Source of the DNA: Hydrurus foetidus
Taxonomy: Eukaryota
Direction of reading: 5' to 3'
Assembly (NCBI GenBank): GCA_900617105.1
Contig: UYFQ01000597.1
Span: 1-64,000, forward strand
Length of the DNA stretch: 64,000 nt
The first letter of the stretch is position 1, and every line of letters begins with the position of its first letter. Positions 34,780 to 64,000 of this stretch are shown here, piece by piece. A program made the translations under genes and the position numbers. The notes under the pieces are model-generated. The model was not told the DNA's origin. It was given only the letters and a program-made list of their open reading frames with translations, and did no database searches.

Positions 34780-37593
34780 CTAGAGACAGCGAATGCGCGG
34801 CAGTATTCCAGCCACTACGAGACCCACACCCGTAGCTATCGCATATCCGAATATACCTGGAACATAATAAGAAATGCAGCAACACGTTGGAAGGAGGAAA
34901 TTGATAGTTAGTGCATCATAGTCACACAAACACAAGGAGTCATACGCCATGTCTTGTCATGTCTTGTCATGCACTCCTGTGTCGCATCCCATCCCATCCC
35001 ATCCCATCACACATCCCATCCCATCACAACACATCACATCACATCACATCACAAGACAAGACAACACTGATGAAACTGTGCAGTGCGTACCTGTGAGCAG
35101 GGCGGGTAGCACCAATCCTTTCCATTTTTTGCTACTCGCCATAGCAGCTGCTGTGGTGGGACCTAAAGGGACGATTTCAATGAGCGATTATAACCAAGGA
35201 ATGAAATTGAAATGAGATGAACTGGAGTGGAGTGAAATAAAATAAAATGAAATGAAGTAAAATGCAAGGAGGTGATAGAAAGGATTACATTATGCAAAGA
35301 AGCTTTGCGTTATCTGTACGATGCCATATCATACGATCCCATGCCATGTGATTTATCATGTCATGTCATTTCATATCACATTATATCATATCATATCGTA
35401 TCATATCACATCATATTATATCATATCACATCATATCATATCATATCGTACCATATCGCATCATATCGTATCATATCATATAACATCATATCACATCACA
35501 TCATTAGATGTGTAGTGATATCACGTCATGCCATTCCATGTCATGGTGCAATATTTCGGATTCAGCAACACGATACTGTGTCACGCCATGCTACATGATG
35601 TCATGCAAGATCTCATCTTAAATCGTATCCTTTCACATCTTACCTCCCACATTGGCGTTTGAAGCGAGCACTATTTCCCTCAAAGGTAATTTGAAGAATT
35701 TCCCCACGGATACGGAGAAGGTGAAGTGCACGGCTATTTGTATGAGGGTGTGCAGAAATACACTAGGAGCGAGTTTGAGCACTGTCGGGATGTGGCCCAT
35801 AGCTCCGGTGACTGCAAAGAACATCTACACAGCGGAAGAGAAAGATGGGATACGTGAGGAAAGGATAGGATGGGACACTGTAGGATAGGATGGAATGGGA
35901 TAAGAAAAGATAGGAGAGGATAGGACGCAATGGAACGTTATGCAGTCGGTGAGTGCAGAAGAGGCAAGAGGCGACCTCAGAGAGATGGGATGGGATGGGA
36001 TGGAATGGGATGGGCAGGGATGGAATAGGATGGGATGTGGACGAGTAGGAGTCAGAGGTAAGAGGGAAAAACGGAAGATTTGAATGGCATGGCCCCCACA
36101 CCACATAACATAGACAGCGACCCTTCGACATCAATGGGGTAGTTCTAACTCTCTCACACACGCACCCACCTGCATAGCAAGCACCCCTATCACGCCACCA
36201 GCGGCTGAAAGTGTTCCCATGGCTTTAGGAAAGGCGGTTGCTGCGAAGACAGCAAAGGCAGAGGCGAAGAGCATGGGACTGATGGACAGCATAGTGCCCA
36301 CTGACTGGGACACCGCGCATATGAGGAACCCCCAAGTGAGAGCTACTGACATTGTTTGCAGACTCAGCTCACTAGATTTCTTCACGTCTACGAGGCATGA
36401 CAAGATTATCCACACCGTGTTAGTGCATTAGGTTATCAACTATGGATGGTTCAGCATTATTCGTAGCGTGCACTATGGTGAAGCATCGCATGTAGCATGT
36501 CCCATAACATGACTTGCAGTGCAGAGGGTTACCTGACGGTGCTTTCGGAATCATGGCGGTGGCTGCTATCTCCTCTTCGCTACTCGGCCGGCACAGAGAG
36601 AAGAGGAAGGCGAAGTATACCGCAATCACTACGTTGTCAGCTGCAAGTGCAGCTGCTACGAGTTCTGGAGATGTCTGCAGAATATCCGAAACCGCCACAA
36701 AGTTGACTGCTCCTCCAATCTGTCACACATGCAAATTGACGGAAGGACAACCAATTGAAGGATCTAGTGAAAGTGCTAACAGTCAGTCGAAGTCAGGGGT
36801 AAAATCTGCGGAATGAATGCTTACGTGTCGGGCGCACAGAGCAGCAGCTATTTTATGAGAGCCGGCAATGCTTTTCATCGGTACTGATATAAAACAGACT
36901 CGTAAACGTTCTGAGGAAACCGGTTACAGATAGTCACGCCTGTCAATATTGCACACTTACCGAGAGCATATGCGACAATTGTTCCCAGAAACGTGCCGAT
37001 AGAGCCGATTAAGAAAGCTTTCAACAAAGTGCCCGTACTCGTGAAACATTTCTGTAAATCAGCATCAAGCAGAAGAAGAGGAACTGCGAGGGGCACAAAT
37101 ATCTGAATTGCATTTACGAAATAAAAGTTGGCGCATTATTTGTTAGTGAATAGCTCAGCTGTACGATCGAAGTGAACATCAAACTCACTTTCATCACAGT
37201 GGAATAAACAGGGGAGGATGGAGGTAAAATTCCACTATTGCACAAAATCATGCCTAATCCCATTGTAACAAGAGGACTTGAGAGCATTGCACCGATTTTG
37301 GTATCCTCCATGACGATGCCGATAGAGGACGTTGCCGCCAGCAATGTCAATGTCCACCAGTTTGGACCTCCCACTTGGTTGATCAATGCAGAAGGCACAT
37401 TGATCGCATTCATTGAAACAGAAAACGACCTCGGTGATTTGCCGGTGGGGTTGGTAATCTTTTGGAAATCAACATTTGACAGGGCACTTCGTGTCTGCAA
37501 GCCATGGTGACCTCTAAATTGAAGGTGATAGGAATCCACAGTGGCAAGCGCGATGAAATAGATGATACTCTGAAGTAGGAAATTCGCCATCAT
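34780..37593 (-). CDS. DUF819-family multi-pass membrane protein with N-terminal signal/transit-like peptide, multi-exon
   Basis: LSSPLVTM, PLAVPLLLLDADL, IGGAVNFVA, LAADNV, ASNANVG|GPTTAAAMA..KW..LVLPALLT|GIFGYAIAT motifs. Confidence 0.85.
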
Positions 37594-37912
37594 GTCCGCA
37601 GCAGCGCGAAGAAAACTTGAGCTTGTCACCCAGTACCTACTACTTTTTTATAAGGTGGAATATTTCGAGGATTTATCGAAGAATTGTCGATCAAAGAAAT
37701 TTATTTGAAAACCCGACTCCAGTATTCTCGGTACTTTTTGACAAAATTTGGTGGGTACTAACGAGTATGTCTACTATCGGGGACAGTCAAAATCAACCAT
37801 CCCGAAATCAGAGGGAAGGAAGCCATTCCTAGTAAAAATTCCTCGTGGGAATTAACCCTACATGAGTCCAACCTATTCCTGCGGTATCATGTGAAAGAAT
37901 TGCCCAAGAGTT

Positions 37913-38617
37913 ATGTTCATTTCAACTGTAATATTGATGACGCTATCACTATGTTATTTGCATTCTGCTGAGTGCTTTGCGTCACAATTAACCGATAAAT
38001 GCGACCGAAAAATGGAGGGTGGTGTCAAAATGATGGGTATCCTCGCAGAGTACGACGAATCTTTCAGCATCCAACTTTTTCGGAACGACTTGACTCTTGT
38101 AAAAAGTGGAGGTAACTCTTTTCAGTGGTACACTTGAAGATGAGGAATGCCTCGCGATGACTCCTTTGCATCATCTCTCATATCAAATATCATCTCAGAA
38201 ACGTATGAGGCTTCTGAAGAAATGACCGCGAAGCTCCACCCCAAAGTTTTCCAAGCTGCCTTCGAGGTTCGGGGTGCACTTATTCTCAACGGAAAGTGTA
38301 ACAGAACCAGAACAACGGGGCAATTAGCAGTCATCACATTCCCATCGAGCAGTATGGGAGCTGTGAGCGTTCATGCGGCGTGGGCAAAATCTTATTCGAG
38401 TGGAGTTAAACTGGCTCTTCCGTTCATCATCACTCCCTCTGTTGGTCTTTCTCCTGGACTACCAGAAGACCTACAAAAAGTTAAATCAGATAATGAATTG
38501 GCTGTTGAACATGATAGCCGTGGGGTGTGCATGAGGCAGTCGCATCACTACCGATCATTTGACAGGCAATGCTCAGTATATGGTCCACAAGCGAATGAAG
38601 ACTTGCGTGTTACTTGA
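37913..38617 (+). CDS. Secreted Reeler-like domain protein (2 or more exons)
   Basis: Signal peptide, Cys-containing N-terminus (C.R.M...MMG), beta-rich core ending VHAAWAKSY; intron at about 38112-38198. The family call is tentative. Confidence 0.45.
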
Positions 38618-39017
38618 TAAAATAAGATTAGATAGGAGACTTCTTACAGAACTGCAATTTCCTAAGACGACTTATTTGATTATTTGTAGGAGAGTAGCTG
38701 CTGTCGGTGTCATTAATGCTCAGTACATGAGATAAATAAAGTGTTCAAGGCAAGAAAGAGGAATGCTACATCCACGCTGATGCTCGCTTTGTAATGCTTA
38801 TACTCTCGAAGCATTGTTGTCGAAGTCATGCTTAGTCGTGCCTTTGAGCAGGGCATCAAAATCTTCCTCACAAAGTCGTTTCAAAGGGAGGATTCACCTA
38901 AATCTTGGTCAAATTTTGAGCAGCATCAGATAGTCAAAGCCCCCTAACGTGCTATAATCTAATCAAACAAATAGTGACAGGTCAAACCAATCACTCTTGA
39001 AATCGCATTTTTATCTT

Positions 39018-52010
<12,993 letters not shown>

Positions 52011-55000
52011 TTAGAACGTAAGCAGCGACCAGCCGCTTGGGCGGTGACGAATAAACTTCAGCAGTACAGTGACAGATTACGACTGGCGCCTGAAGCGCTC
52101 TTTGGCTTGGGATGATTTGAGTTTGAACCTTTCCAAGAGTTGAAATGCGATCATGTAGCAGTCGAGTCGTGAAGTAGCAGCCGACAGCGACTCTTTTGGA
52201 ATCGAACGAACGTTCTCAAAACTGTGTACAGCACAGTACAGCACATAGATCTGTAGTACGTAAGCGAAGGACATCTTCGAAGAGAAAATTGGGAGAGGAA
52301 TAGGAAAGTGTGATATTCAAATGGTCGGGGAAGCAATGTGAGCTCTGTGAAGGAATTAGAAAATTGTCTCAAATTTCTAAGTTAGGTCTGAAGTCATTCT
52401 ATGTGAAAGCATGAGAAAGGATCATGAATATTTTAAAAACAGACTATCGCACTCTTTGATGAGTAGATTTTAGGCAAATGTCAGCAGCGAAGACAATAAA
52501 GGATTAAACTCCAGTAAAATTTATTATTGAAATTAGAATGGGCTAAGAGAGCAAAGACATGATAACAAAATAGTGTACAGTGACGTAAATTTGAAATGAA
52601 TAGTGAATTGCTGCCCTAGCTTTTGGTATCTGTAGCTTTTGGTATCGATGAAAACAAGGATGTGTGGGGAGGGGATCTAGACGAATTCTCCATACTTTCA
52701 TTTCATGGACATAGTTTGTTTTCTATATTTTTACGAATAGGAGTTACACTTTGTCGTGGTCAATCCCATGACGTAGCGTATCAACAATTCGGTTCTAAAT
52801 ATTGTAGAGCTCTTAGGAACAGATCAAAATAAACGGAAGCTTTAAAATTAGCTTCAATTTTTCTTTCCATAAAATGAAACAGTCAATTTTGGAAATTTGA
52901 TCTGCATCCACGGCACTAACACCGCAATCTGAACTGCTGTCTTTAATTCAATAGTGGGAATTTTTGTACGCGGTTTTGAGTTTAGAGTTCAGATTCGGAT
53001 TCGATTGTGGTAAAATAGAGATGTGAAGTGTGACTGTGTGACTTCCCCTGTCTATATCACATGGATCTTGGACCGGACATACAGTGACTGACGAGATGAT
53101 GAGAATCAGACGTATTTGATGAAGTATTTCGGGGGGTCAATTAGTGCCTACTTCAACTTGAAGCATTGCAACCGTCAATCCGAATCGAATGCGAAAGTCT
53201 CCAACCAGCTTCTACCAGACTCCTCTGTTTCCTCATGTCTCATATTAGCCGAGCTCACCCACATCATAAGTAATCCCACATTTTTCACAGATTGTAGCAC
53301 TCGAAAGTTTCTCGTCAGGACATCGACTCTCGAAGCATGTTCAACCGATCTTTGCCCCTACTCCGCAACGCATCCCGGTCAGTGTAAACTCTGCATTTCG
53401 CCTACGAGATTGTGCCTGATTTGAAGTTTGCTCATCTCTACTAATTACTTTTTCATTTCGCAGCATCAATCAACAGTCTTCAAGGTCTACAAGCTCAAGA
53501 AACTCCGTAGCATCAAAGGAAGGTTTTCTAGCATCTGAGGTACGATCTACAGCCAAAGATGCATGTTGCAGCTCGCATAACACATAATAAATACAACTAC
53601 AAATACTTCTATGTACTTAGGTGATGTACCCATTGGTTGGTGCCGCCATTCTTTTCAAAGTAACTGTCGGCCAGAACACTCTTACCACCCCACCTGACTG
53701 TGTCCTGTTGGCACACATCTAAGTCCCCGGCTTAAGTACTTGTCTTCCAAAAGCATCTGTGAAAGAGAATTGGGTGTGTTTCTCTATTTCTCTCGTCAAT
53801 TTACGTTCAGCATAATATGTCTTTATCTGTGTTTTCATTCACATGCCCCGTCCTTCTCATGCGTGTCTGTGGACTTGATTGCAGTTGTAGACAGATATCT
53901 AATTCGTTTTTACATACTAACACCATAATTCATTTCAAACCTCATATTCTGCGAGCGCTTGTGCTAGTGATGTTCTGAAATTTTACAGCCCGCGTTGTAA
54001 CAGTAACTAGACAGCGAATAGGAGAATCAATGAAACTGGAAGTGCAGACTGCGCTTGAATGAAAGTTGAAAAGACTGTGACACTGTCGCATTTATTTTTC
54101 ATCTTGACGCGAAAGTCACAAAGTTGATAAGCTGCTCTCTCACAAATGGCAGTTGCGCGGTCTGAAACAGTTCTAACAAAGATCTCCCTCTTCAGGATAA
54201 ATGATGATACTTTCTTGAGGATAAATGATCTTGCCGCTCGATCATTGCGACAAGCACGCAGCAAATCCGCATGATGTGTATAGTGTGTATCGGAAGAAGA
54301 ATGTGGTGCTCTCAACTAAACGTTGCTAAGGAATCCTAATAGAAGTTTTCTGGAACCGTAATGCACACATGATAGGTGCGAGAACGAACACTGTAGGTTG
54401 TGGCGAAATGTCTCCTAGATTTTTGTAATGAAGAACGGATTATATCAATCTATTGAGAACAGATAAGATGTTCTCTAGAAGTATGTCTACAAGGAGTGCT
54501 GATTTGGGATTGTTGGCTGTAGAGTGCCTGTCACACTTAAGTATTGACAGGTTCAGACCTGTTGTGCGATTTTTTTAAAAATAAAACACAGTGTTTCATG
54601 CCCATGACAGTTTTCTAACTCAGCAGACATTTCTAGATATATGCAGCTTTCCCATCACTTATTGTAGTGTGTAAGATCCGAAATTGCAAGTTCTTGCACT
54701 GGAGGTAGGGTACGTACTGCACGAGGCAATCCTAGTTTCTTCACGTCACATTGAGTCTTATATTATAATGTTTGTTAATCGTGTCGTGAATCATTTCTCT
54801 GATATCTTTTCAAGAACTTCAATCTCGATTGTAACTCTCCGAAAAATGACTTTAATAAAAAGGTATATGCGTCTTTGTGATGTTGTAGGTTGTAGGTGTA
54901 GGGTAAAAGTATGACAGCGGACAGCGGTAAGCATATGTGCTCACCAACAATCGATTCATGTATCACACGACGTCTTCGATTCACACAAGTCACCGCTCCT

Positions 55001-55090
55001 TGTCACACCACCTCACTTCCTGCATCCTATTGACAGAGGTTTTTGGCATCTGAAGCAGCTCGCAGCCTCCTTCTCATCTTCAAAAGAGGA

Positions 55091-55527
55091 ATGGCTGAAG
55101 AATCATCATCTGGATCAACTTCAGCTGGAAAGCTTGAAGACGAGAAAGATACTGAGGAGGTAAAAATTGCAAAGAAAGAAGAGAAGGAAATCGACTCGGT
55201 CACAGACTATCATGTCGAGAAAGAGTCAGAAAAATTGCAAGGCGCATTGCTTTCGCTGGGGGGATCATCACAAACAGAGTCTACCAAGTAGGTCGCTACC
55301 TCTGATTGATTCGAGGGCAAGAATTGCTCCTATTCCCAGCTGTCACTGATGATAATAACGAAAATCTCTACTTGTTTGTCAGACTAGCTGCCATCGTCAT
55401 ACCTCCAGCCCATGTTTTAGCTTTTAGTGAGGAATGTGAAGTGTCAAAAGAGAAGGCGGAACTATTTCTAAAGAAGCATGGAGGCGATATGAAGGCAGCT
55501 ATGACTGCGTACATAAAAGGCAAATAA
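55091..55527 (+). CDS. HYPK: HYPK-like protein (huntingtin-interacting protein K; C-terminal UBA-like domain); exons 55091-55287 and 55383-55527
   Basis: DSVTDYHVEKE motif and C-terminal LAAIVI...ECEVSKEKAELFLKKHGGDMKAAM; the spliced length is 342 nt and in frame. Confidence 0.75.
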
Positions 55528-56650
55528 GCTGTTGGTCCTCTAGTTAGCAAGATGGAAGCAGATGTCTGTAGTCTCGATCAGTAAGGTCTGAGTGGCACAT
55601 AATCCGCAACACCCTCCCAGACAGTCCAAAAAGTGACTTTGATCCAGAAAGTTTAAGGACAACGGGAGTTGTCAGAATTGGTAGATAAATGAAATGCTCT
55701 GTGTTCTCGCGAGGCTGTAAACAAAAGAAGCACAGGAAACAGGGACTTCAAACCTCTCATAGCGAACTGATTTCTACCAGGAATATTGAAGAGGCATATC
55801 TGATATGAATTGAAGCATTAAGTTTGCATTTCATTTCTTAATTGGTGACATGAGAGATGCAGAGACGTAGTATAGTCCCGTCATTAAAGATGGCTGATAT
55901 TCTATTCCGGGAATTGCTGAACGCTCTTTAAGATTTGATGATTCTGCGATAGCTGTCATCATGGCAAGCTTCTTCGGATGGAGACCAGTTCCTTCCTCGA
56001 TCTGCATTATGTCATGAAAGTTTGACGGAGAACTTTAAGAACGAATAATAAAGCTGTGCATGGTCTTTCGACACCAGAACGAGATCAATTGACAGTAGCG
56101 ATCAAACTGTAGAATTTGCACCACGTGAAGATAGGACGTGCGACTGTTGAGGAATGGGGTCCGTTGTTGGACCAGAAGAGGAGGAGCTGCAAGATCTCAT
56201 TGTAGCCCCTCCTCGAGATGCCTTCCGACAGCTGGCTGAACTAATTTCTGTGGATGGTGTGATGTTGCTGGACCTCACAGACTCCATCACACAGAAATCG
56301 CTCGCCCAACTAGAAGGATTTTTTGGCACAATTTCGTCATTTACAGCAGCAGGAGCTATACGGCCAACTTTACCGCAGACCGCGCAGTCGATGACTCTGA
56401 AATTCAAAAACAAAAAACAGCACTTTAAATTTGAAAGATGACACTGTGAAGCAGTCAAATCACAGTCATCTCAGTACTCTCTGTGATTCATAGCAGAAGG
56501 CCATGGCGTTTTGAGAGATATCCAATATTACTCCATCTGCTGGGGAAATTTGTCCCAGTGAAAGGGGTTGATTATCGTGTTCAGCTCATGCGAAATTACG
56601 CAGTTCCTTCATCTTGAGCAGCTGCAGAGGAATACCTTAGATTCGAAGCT

Positions 56651-59600
56651 ATGGCTGGTAGATTGATGAAAAAATCGTCGAAGGCACTTCCTCTTGTTGA
56701 AGTTATTGCTTTCGTGGAGACCTTGAATGAAGATGGCCGGTGAGCTCGTTGACATAAACATTTTGATCGCCATTATGAGAGTATTTTCCATCTTAACATA
56801 ATCACTCTCCTTTTCTGCAGCGATGTCAGCAGCGTGAATATTGCTACACTTAAGTCTCTTGGAGCGACCATAGCTGATTCTTTTAGTGATGAAATCACTC
56901 ACTACATCAGTTCAAATGCATCAGCGAAACGCCTGAAGGCCGCAGCGATATTTGAAATTACTGTGGTGAATCCCTCATGGATCGAAAGCTGTCGTCTTAC
57001 AGGAAGTAGGGTTACCGAGGATAACTTTCTTATTGGTCCTGAGACGCAGGCATCTTCAGCAGTGAATTCTTCCGCAACTCTTTCTCTGCCACCAGCGAAT
57101 GTAGTCGTCCATGAAGGTGAGGACTTGCAGAAAACTGCAAAAGTGGGGAGAGGAACGGGAATGGCGAAGATCACGGCGACCGCTAAGACTTTGCCTGTCA
57201 ACAGTATCGACGAAATAAAGCAGCAAGATCTGAATAAAAGAATGGTTAAGAATGTCACTGAGAATGTTAAGGTTGTTAAGGGGAAATCCAACGCAAAAAG
57301 CAGAAAGACTCTTCAAAACATTGACATTTTCACAGAGGAAGAAGTGATACCGAGTGTGGATTGCGAAAGTCCTGATGTGCTGAGCGATGAAGAGAAAAAG
57401 TCCGAGGCAATTATTCCACTTCCAAGTTTCAAAGAAATGAAAACAGTCACTCTTCCTACCATCATGAAATCGAAGAGGAGGTCTGAGAGAATATGCGACA
57501 ATGAGCTGAGTCAGGAAGAATTGAAGACTCCTCCTGCAGTAGATCTGGATGTTTCAATGCCGATTGTTAGGACAGATGTCTCGGTAAAAATGTCCGTCAG
57601 CAATGACAACATGTGCGACTACATGGCAGCAGGTGGAGTGAGGGAACAGAAGAATAAAGGGACTGCAGCAACAGCACTGAGTGCCACCACAAAGAATAGC
57701 AAGGCTCATGGTAGCGATAAGGAATTGAAGAAATCAGTAGTGCAGCAGACTAAAAAGGTTGTAGCGATGACAAAGGAGGACGCACTGCAACACACATTAC
57801 ATTCAAATTCCAGTTTGAGTTCCGGTTCGAGTGCGGGACAATCTTCCTCCAGCTCTACCGGTACTTTCAACCAGACAGGCGCAATAGCAATAGGAAAGGG
57901 AGGAGAAGGAGGAGTGGGGGTTGTTTCAATTGGCAGCAGCAGGATGGATGACATCACCAATGCAAAGATAGTGATAGCAGTCAGTGGATTCGACGAACCG
58001 GGGGAGAGGGCCACTATATCCAGCAGTCTCTCTCAATTCATACAAGCAGTCAACGAAAGCACCAATACTAACACCAGCAGCAGCAGCAGCAGCAGTAGTA
58101 GTAGCAGTAAGAGGTCTACCGAAAAGAATGTTCCAGGCCCCTTCGCTGTTCTGCTGGACCTTGAGGAAGATTCTTTCGGACTGCACTGCACACACGTCAT
58201 CCTGCAGTCCTCATCCTCCAAGTACGCACCACAATTATTTTTCACAATGCACATACTGCAACCTCCAGGAACGCCTTCTTAATAATGCATTATGCCACTA
58301 CAATGCACCTAACCCTGACCTCCCCTCCGCATTTGACACCAACACAGACGCAGCCTTCGCATTCTCCTAGCCCTCGCTAGAGGCACACCAATAGTGACTG
58401 AAGAGTGGTTCTACGCCTCACTCTCTGTGCAGCACTGGGTAGATAGTGCACCGTACATGCACGAACACTACACCGTACAGCAGCTCTCTCGAGGAATAGG
58501 AAAGCCTCAGAGAACGTTCCTTAAGCTAAAGTTCTTTGTAGGCATGTCTACCAATCCTTCTCAGATATTCCTTGAGACGATCTTGAGTGCCGCAGGGGGT
58601 TCTATTGCTGATACCATTCAGGGTGCGGAGTACTTGATATTCGGTGAGTCGAATTGCATTGTACTGTACTGTACTGTACTGTACTGTACTGTACTGTACT
58701 GTACTGTACTGTACTGTACTGTACTGTACTGTACTGTACTGTACTGTACTGTACTGTACTGTACTGTACTGTACTGTAGTACACTGTACTGTCCTGCTCT
58801 ATTCTGTCTCTCGATGTCTGGTCCTGTGTTAACACCACATAACAGCTTATCGAATCTGACTGTACTCTACACGACAATCGCAATCAGGGTCAAGGAGTGA
58901 TGCGGAGGTGTGGATGGAAGAGCAGCAGCAGCCGAAGAAAAAATCTGCCAAGGTGGTGAACAATGCTCACTGATACCCTACTCAACTCTTTTATACTCTA
59001 CTATACTTTACTATACTATACTCTATACTGTTTTTCTACTTCCCCCTGTCTTCAAGGCGATATGCTTTCCAGTCCATAGGACTATTCCTACATCGCTTTG
59101 TTGTCACGTTACTTCATCGCCGCTTCATGCATTATCAATCAATCCATTCAGCGCAATTTCTTGTCCTCACATAGTATCTCAGCACATGACTACATCATTC
59201 CACGTCATTCAACATCATGTGACACCCACTATTCCTCTCAACTGAAACCGCTCCTACTCCCACTCTCTACCCCCCCTACTCCCCTCTCTTCTCCTCGAAG
59301 CAGAAGTCCATTTCCCCCAAAGGGATAGACTCGGACTCCTCTGTAGCCCTAAGTATGGCAGCAGACGGAAAAGTTCTCACATGCAGGGTGAGAGTGAGCT
59401 GTATGTTGTCGTATTGTATTATATGATATTGTATTATATGATATTGTACTGTATTGTATTATATTTTTATCGTATTATATCGTGTTGTACTGTATTGTAT
59501 GATATCCTATTGTATTGTGTTGTATCTTCCGTCTGTTCCATTCAGCTCTGCAAGGCTCTCATCGAGTTGATGTGCCATTCATGTCATGTCGCAACCGACA

Positions 59601-61034
59601 TTGATTTATTGATATGAGACCCTGTCGTGCAGCTGTGACTGGGAATCCATGTCTATCTCTCATCAGCTGACTATCATCTTCCTCTTCCCTTACTCTCTAT
59701 CTTTCTCTGCGTCTTCACTGAGAGTCTCACTTTGTTACAATAACTCTATTACCCTCTACTCATCTTCAATTCATCTACCCCCACCTTTGAACACCCCTTC
59801 GCTATCGTCTTGTCCCCCGCAGTATATATGTGACTGTCTCGAGGACGGTAAGCTGCTTCCACCCTCTTCTACTGCCAATCATCTGATAACATTCCAAGCT
59901 GAAGAGGAAGATGAAGGGGAGAGACGAGAGAGGAGCAGAGGAGACGAGAACAAGGGTAGCAGAAAGAGAACAGTTGAAAGTGCTCCCAAAGACAGCAGGA
60001 TATCTTGGGACACCAAGGATGTGGAGAAGAGTGAGGTGAAGAGGGCAGTAGCCAAACGCAGAGTGGCTGCAAGTCTCAGTCATGCGGTCTTGGAAGAGTC
60101 TGTTCAAGTGGGAAGAAAACGCAAGCTTGATGACATACTTGTCAATTCCGATGATGATGGCGATGATGGAGGCGATGATGATGGTCATGATGATGGTCAT
60201 GTTATGAAAAAAGGTGCCGAGAAGGCAGTGAAGTCCAGTACAGTGGCTCCTGTGAAGTTGAAGACTGCTGCTGCCCTTGCAGCTGAAAAGAAGGTGAGAG
60301 ACAATGTGAAGGACAAGGTGATGGTGAAAGGCAAGGACAAGGAGAAGGAGAAGGCAGAGGTCAAGGTCGTGTCTGCTCCAGTCAGCACAACCACAAGTAA
60401 GAGAGCATCAAAACAGAGTGCGCGCAACAAAGATACAGAAGCTGATGTGAAGGAAGTATCAAGAAAGGAGCTAGAGAGTGAGACCAGCAATCTCAATGAC
60501 AGTGGGAAGAAGGGGAATGGGAGTGGAAAGGGTAGTGATTTTCCTTTCACTGTTCCTGGATCTCCCGTCATGGCTGGGAAGAGGAGGCTGTCTAACTCGA
60601 GAGTACTCGATGACTCTCCTCCCCTTTGTCTCTCCGGCTCCCCCTCTGCTCCATCCTCATTGGAGCGAGATAGTGAGAGGAAGACGAGGAGAGGAGGAGT
60701 GAGTGCGGTCGACAAGAATAGACAGATGAGTGCCAAGGACACCTCCGCATTGTCTAATGCCTCGAAGAAGAGCGGTACTGTTGAAGCGGAGGTACCAGCT
60801 GGAAAAAGGGAAGCAGCATCTAATAGTAATATCACCAGTAGCAATTGTACTAGCAGTAATAAGGAGGTGAAGACGTACGGCACTGCCAAGGCTTTAAAGA
60901 TAGATATAGCAGCAACAGCAGTGTCTCGTAACCGGATAGGGTTGGATCATGACGGCTCGGATACTGATGACGGGGAGGGAGGGAGCTCAAAGTTCTCCAG
61001 TCCCAAGGGTAGAGAGGATTCTCCATGCTGGTGA
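56651..61034 (+). CDS. Microcephalin (MCPH1)-like BRCT protein: one N-terminal BRCT, tandem BRCTs, long low-complexity tail; multi-exon
   Basis: LVEVIAFVETLNEDG|RDVSSVNIATLKSLGA...ITHYI...VVNPSWIESC; IAVSGF...CTHVI...|RSLRILLALARGTPIVTEEWF; LETILSAAGGSI. Confidence 0.7.
58661..58777. repeat. (GTACT)n microsatellite at an intron 5' end
   Basis: Seen directly; reverse complement of the CAGTA unit. Confidence 0.97.
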
Positions 61035-61246
61035 AAGGATGAGGAGAGAGGGGAGAGATAACTGTATACAGCACGGCGTCATACGGCAAAATAATGTAAG
61101 ACGTGATCGCTCTTTCCGAGACGTCCGTCATGTCTTACTGCCAAGCAAGTGATACATCCATGTCATCTATCCAGTCCCCCTAGGAGGCTACGAGACCTGT
61201 AGATGGAATGTACTGCACTGAATGTGACAGATGGCGTTGTGTGGCC

Positions 61247-61543
61247 GCTGACAAGTCATCATCACTGTCATGCTGACAAGTCATCATCACTGTCATGCTG
61301 ACAAGAGATCACCGCTATCATGCTGACAAGATATCACCGCTAACTTGCTGACAGATATCACCGCTAACTTGCTGACAGATATCATCACTGTCATGCTGAC
61401 AGATATCACCGCTGTCATGCTGACAGATATCATCACTGTCATGCTGACAGATATCACCGCTGTCATGCTGACAGATATCATCACTGTCATGCTGACTGAT
61501 ATCACCGCTATAGTGCTGACAAGATATCATCACTGTCATGCTT
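61247..61543. repeat. About 24-bp minisatellite, about 12 copies with alternating variants
   Basis: Unit ATCA(T/C)C(A/G)CTGTCATGCTGACAGAT; translates as the MLTDITAV / MLTDIITV repeats. Confidence 0.9.
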
Positions 61544-61920
61544 ACAACGCATACCGCACACTGCCTCACGTCACGGACCGTGGACCGGTACTTTTCGACA
61601 GTCAGTCCCTCTGGGGCTTGCCGTGTTGCACACCATTCGTATAGCATGTGTTGTACGTCTGTATCTTGGTGTGCTGAAAGTGGTCTGCTTTGTAGACTGG
61701 ACTACAGCACACCCTCTAACAAAACCAGCAAATTCTGCTCTTTATAAACTGAAATTGTCTGAACAACACTATAAAAAGAGAAACAACAAGCTACTCTGCA
61801 AGGCGAGGACACATTACCACTCTAATCACACGAGTGAGCGAGCGGATAGATGCGACCTCCTCCGTGCTAGTCCCCGACTAACTATTGTAACAGGTAAAGA
61901 AGAAAAGAGAAGAGCAGCTA

Positions 61921-64000
<2,080 letters not shown>

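Noticed and set aside
52050..55000. Short ORFs in the ~3-kb region between the VWA-AAA gene and HYPK
   Set aside because: No recognisable motifs or consistent splice chain; could be a decayed gene or TE but is not supportable from sequence alone.
56154..56441. 95-aa ORF upstream of the BRCT gene
   Set aside because: No motif, and the BRCT gene has its own plausible start at 56651; left uncalled.
61247..61543. Regular ~24-bp repeats as a possible CRISPR array
   Set aside because: The units are contiguous with no unique spacers, there are no cas genes, and the context is eukaryotic; this is a minisatellite.

Overview
Gene-dense, intron-rich eukaryotic nuclear DNA, most likely from a photosynthetic stramenopile (ochrophyte). 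This is inferred from an aureochrome (bZIP-LOV) gene, plastid-type proteins with signal peptides, and a diatom-CoDi-like Copia element. About 16 host genes are recognisable: a CDF transporter, AP-1 sigma, a divergent H4/H3 pair with 3' stem-loops, RsmI-like methyltransferase, a tandem-SET protein, a TPR-like protein, aureochrome, a 3xCNB AGC kinase, VKOR/LTO1, an enoyl-CoA hydratase-family protein, DUF819, a Reeler-like protein, a ViaA-RavA-like fusion, HYPK, an MCPH1-like BRCT protein and CDC48. Many introns carry pentanucleotide microsatellites. The most striking object is an intact Ty1/Copia retrotransposon at 6185-12300. It is bounded by 151-bp INVERTED terminal repeats (150/151 identical, TGTTG...CAACA) instead of direct LTRs. 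It has no target-site duplication and no recognisable tRNA primer-binding site, and a hairpin covers the gag ATG. The second highlight is a single gene fusing a ViaA-like VWA protein to a RavA/MoxR-like AAA+ ATPase behind a signal peptide. Exon boundaries were read by eye and are approximate where stated; family calls come from motif recognition, not database searches.
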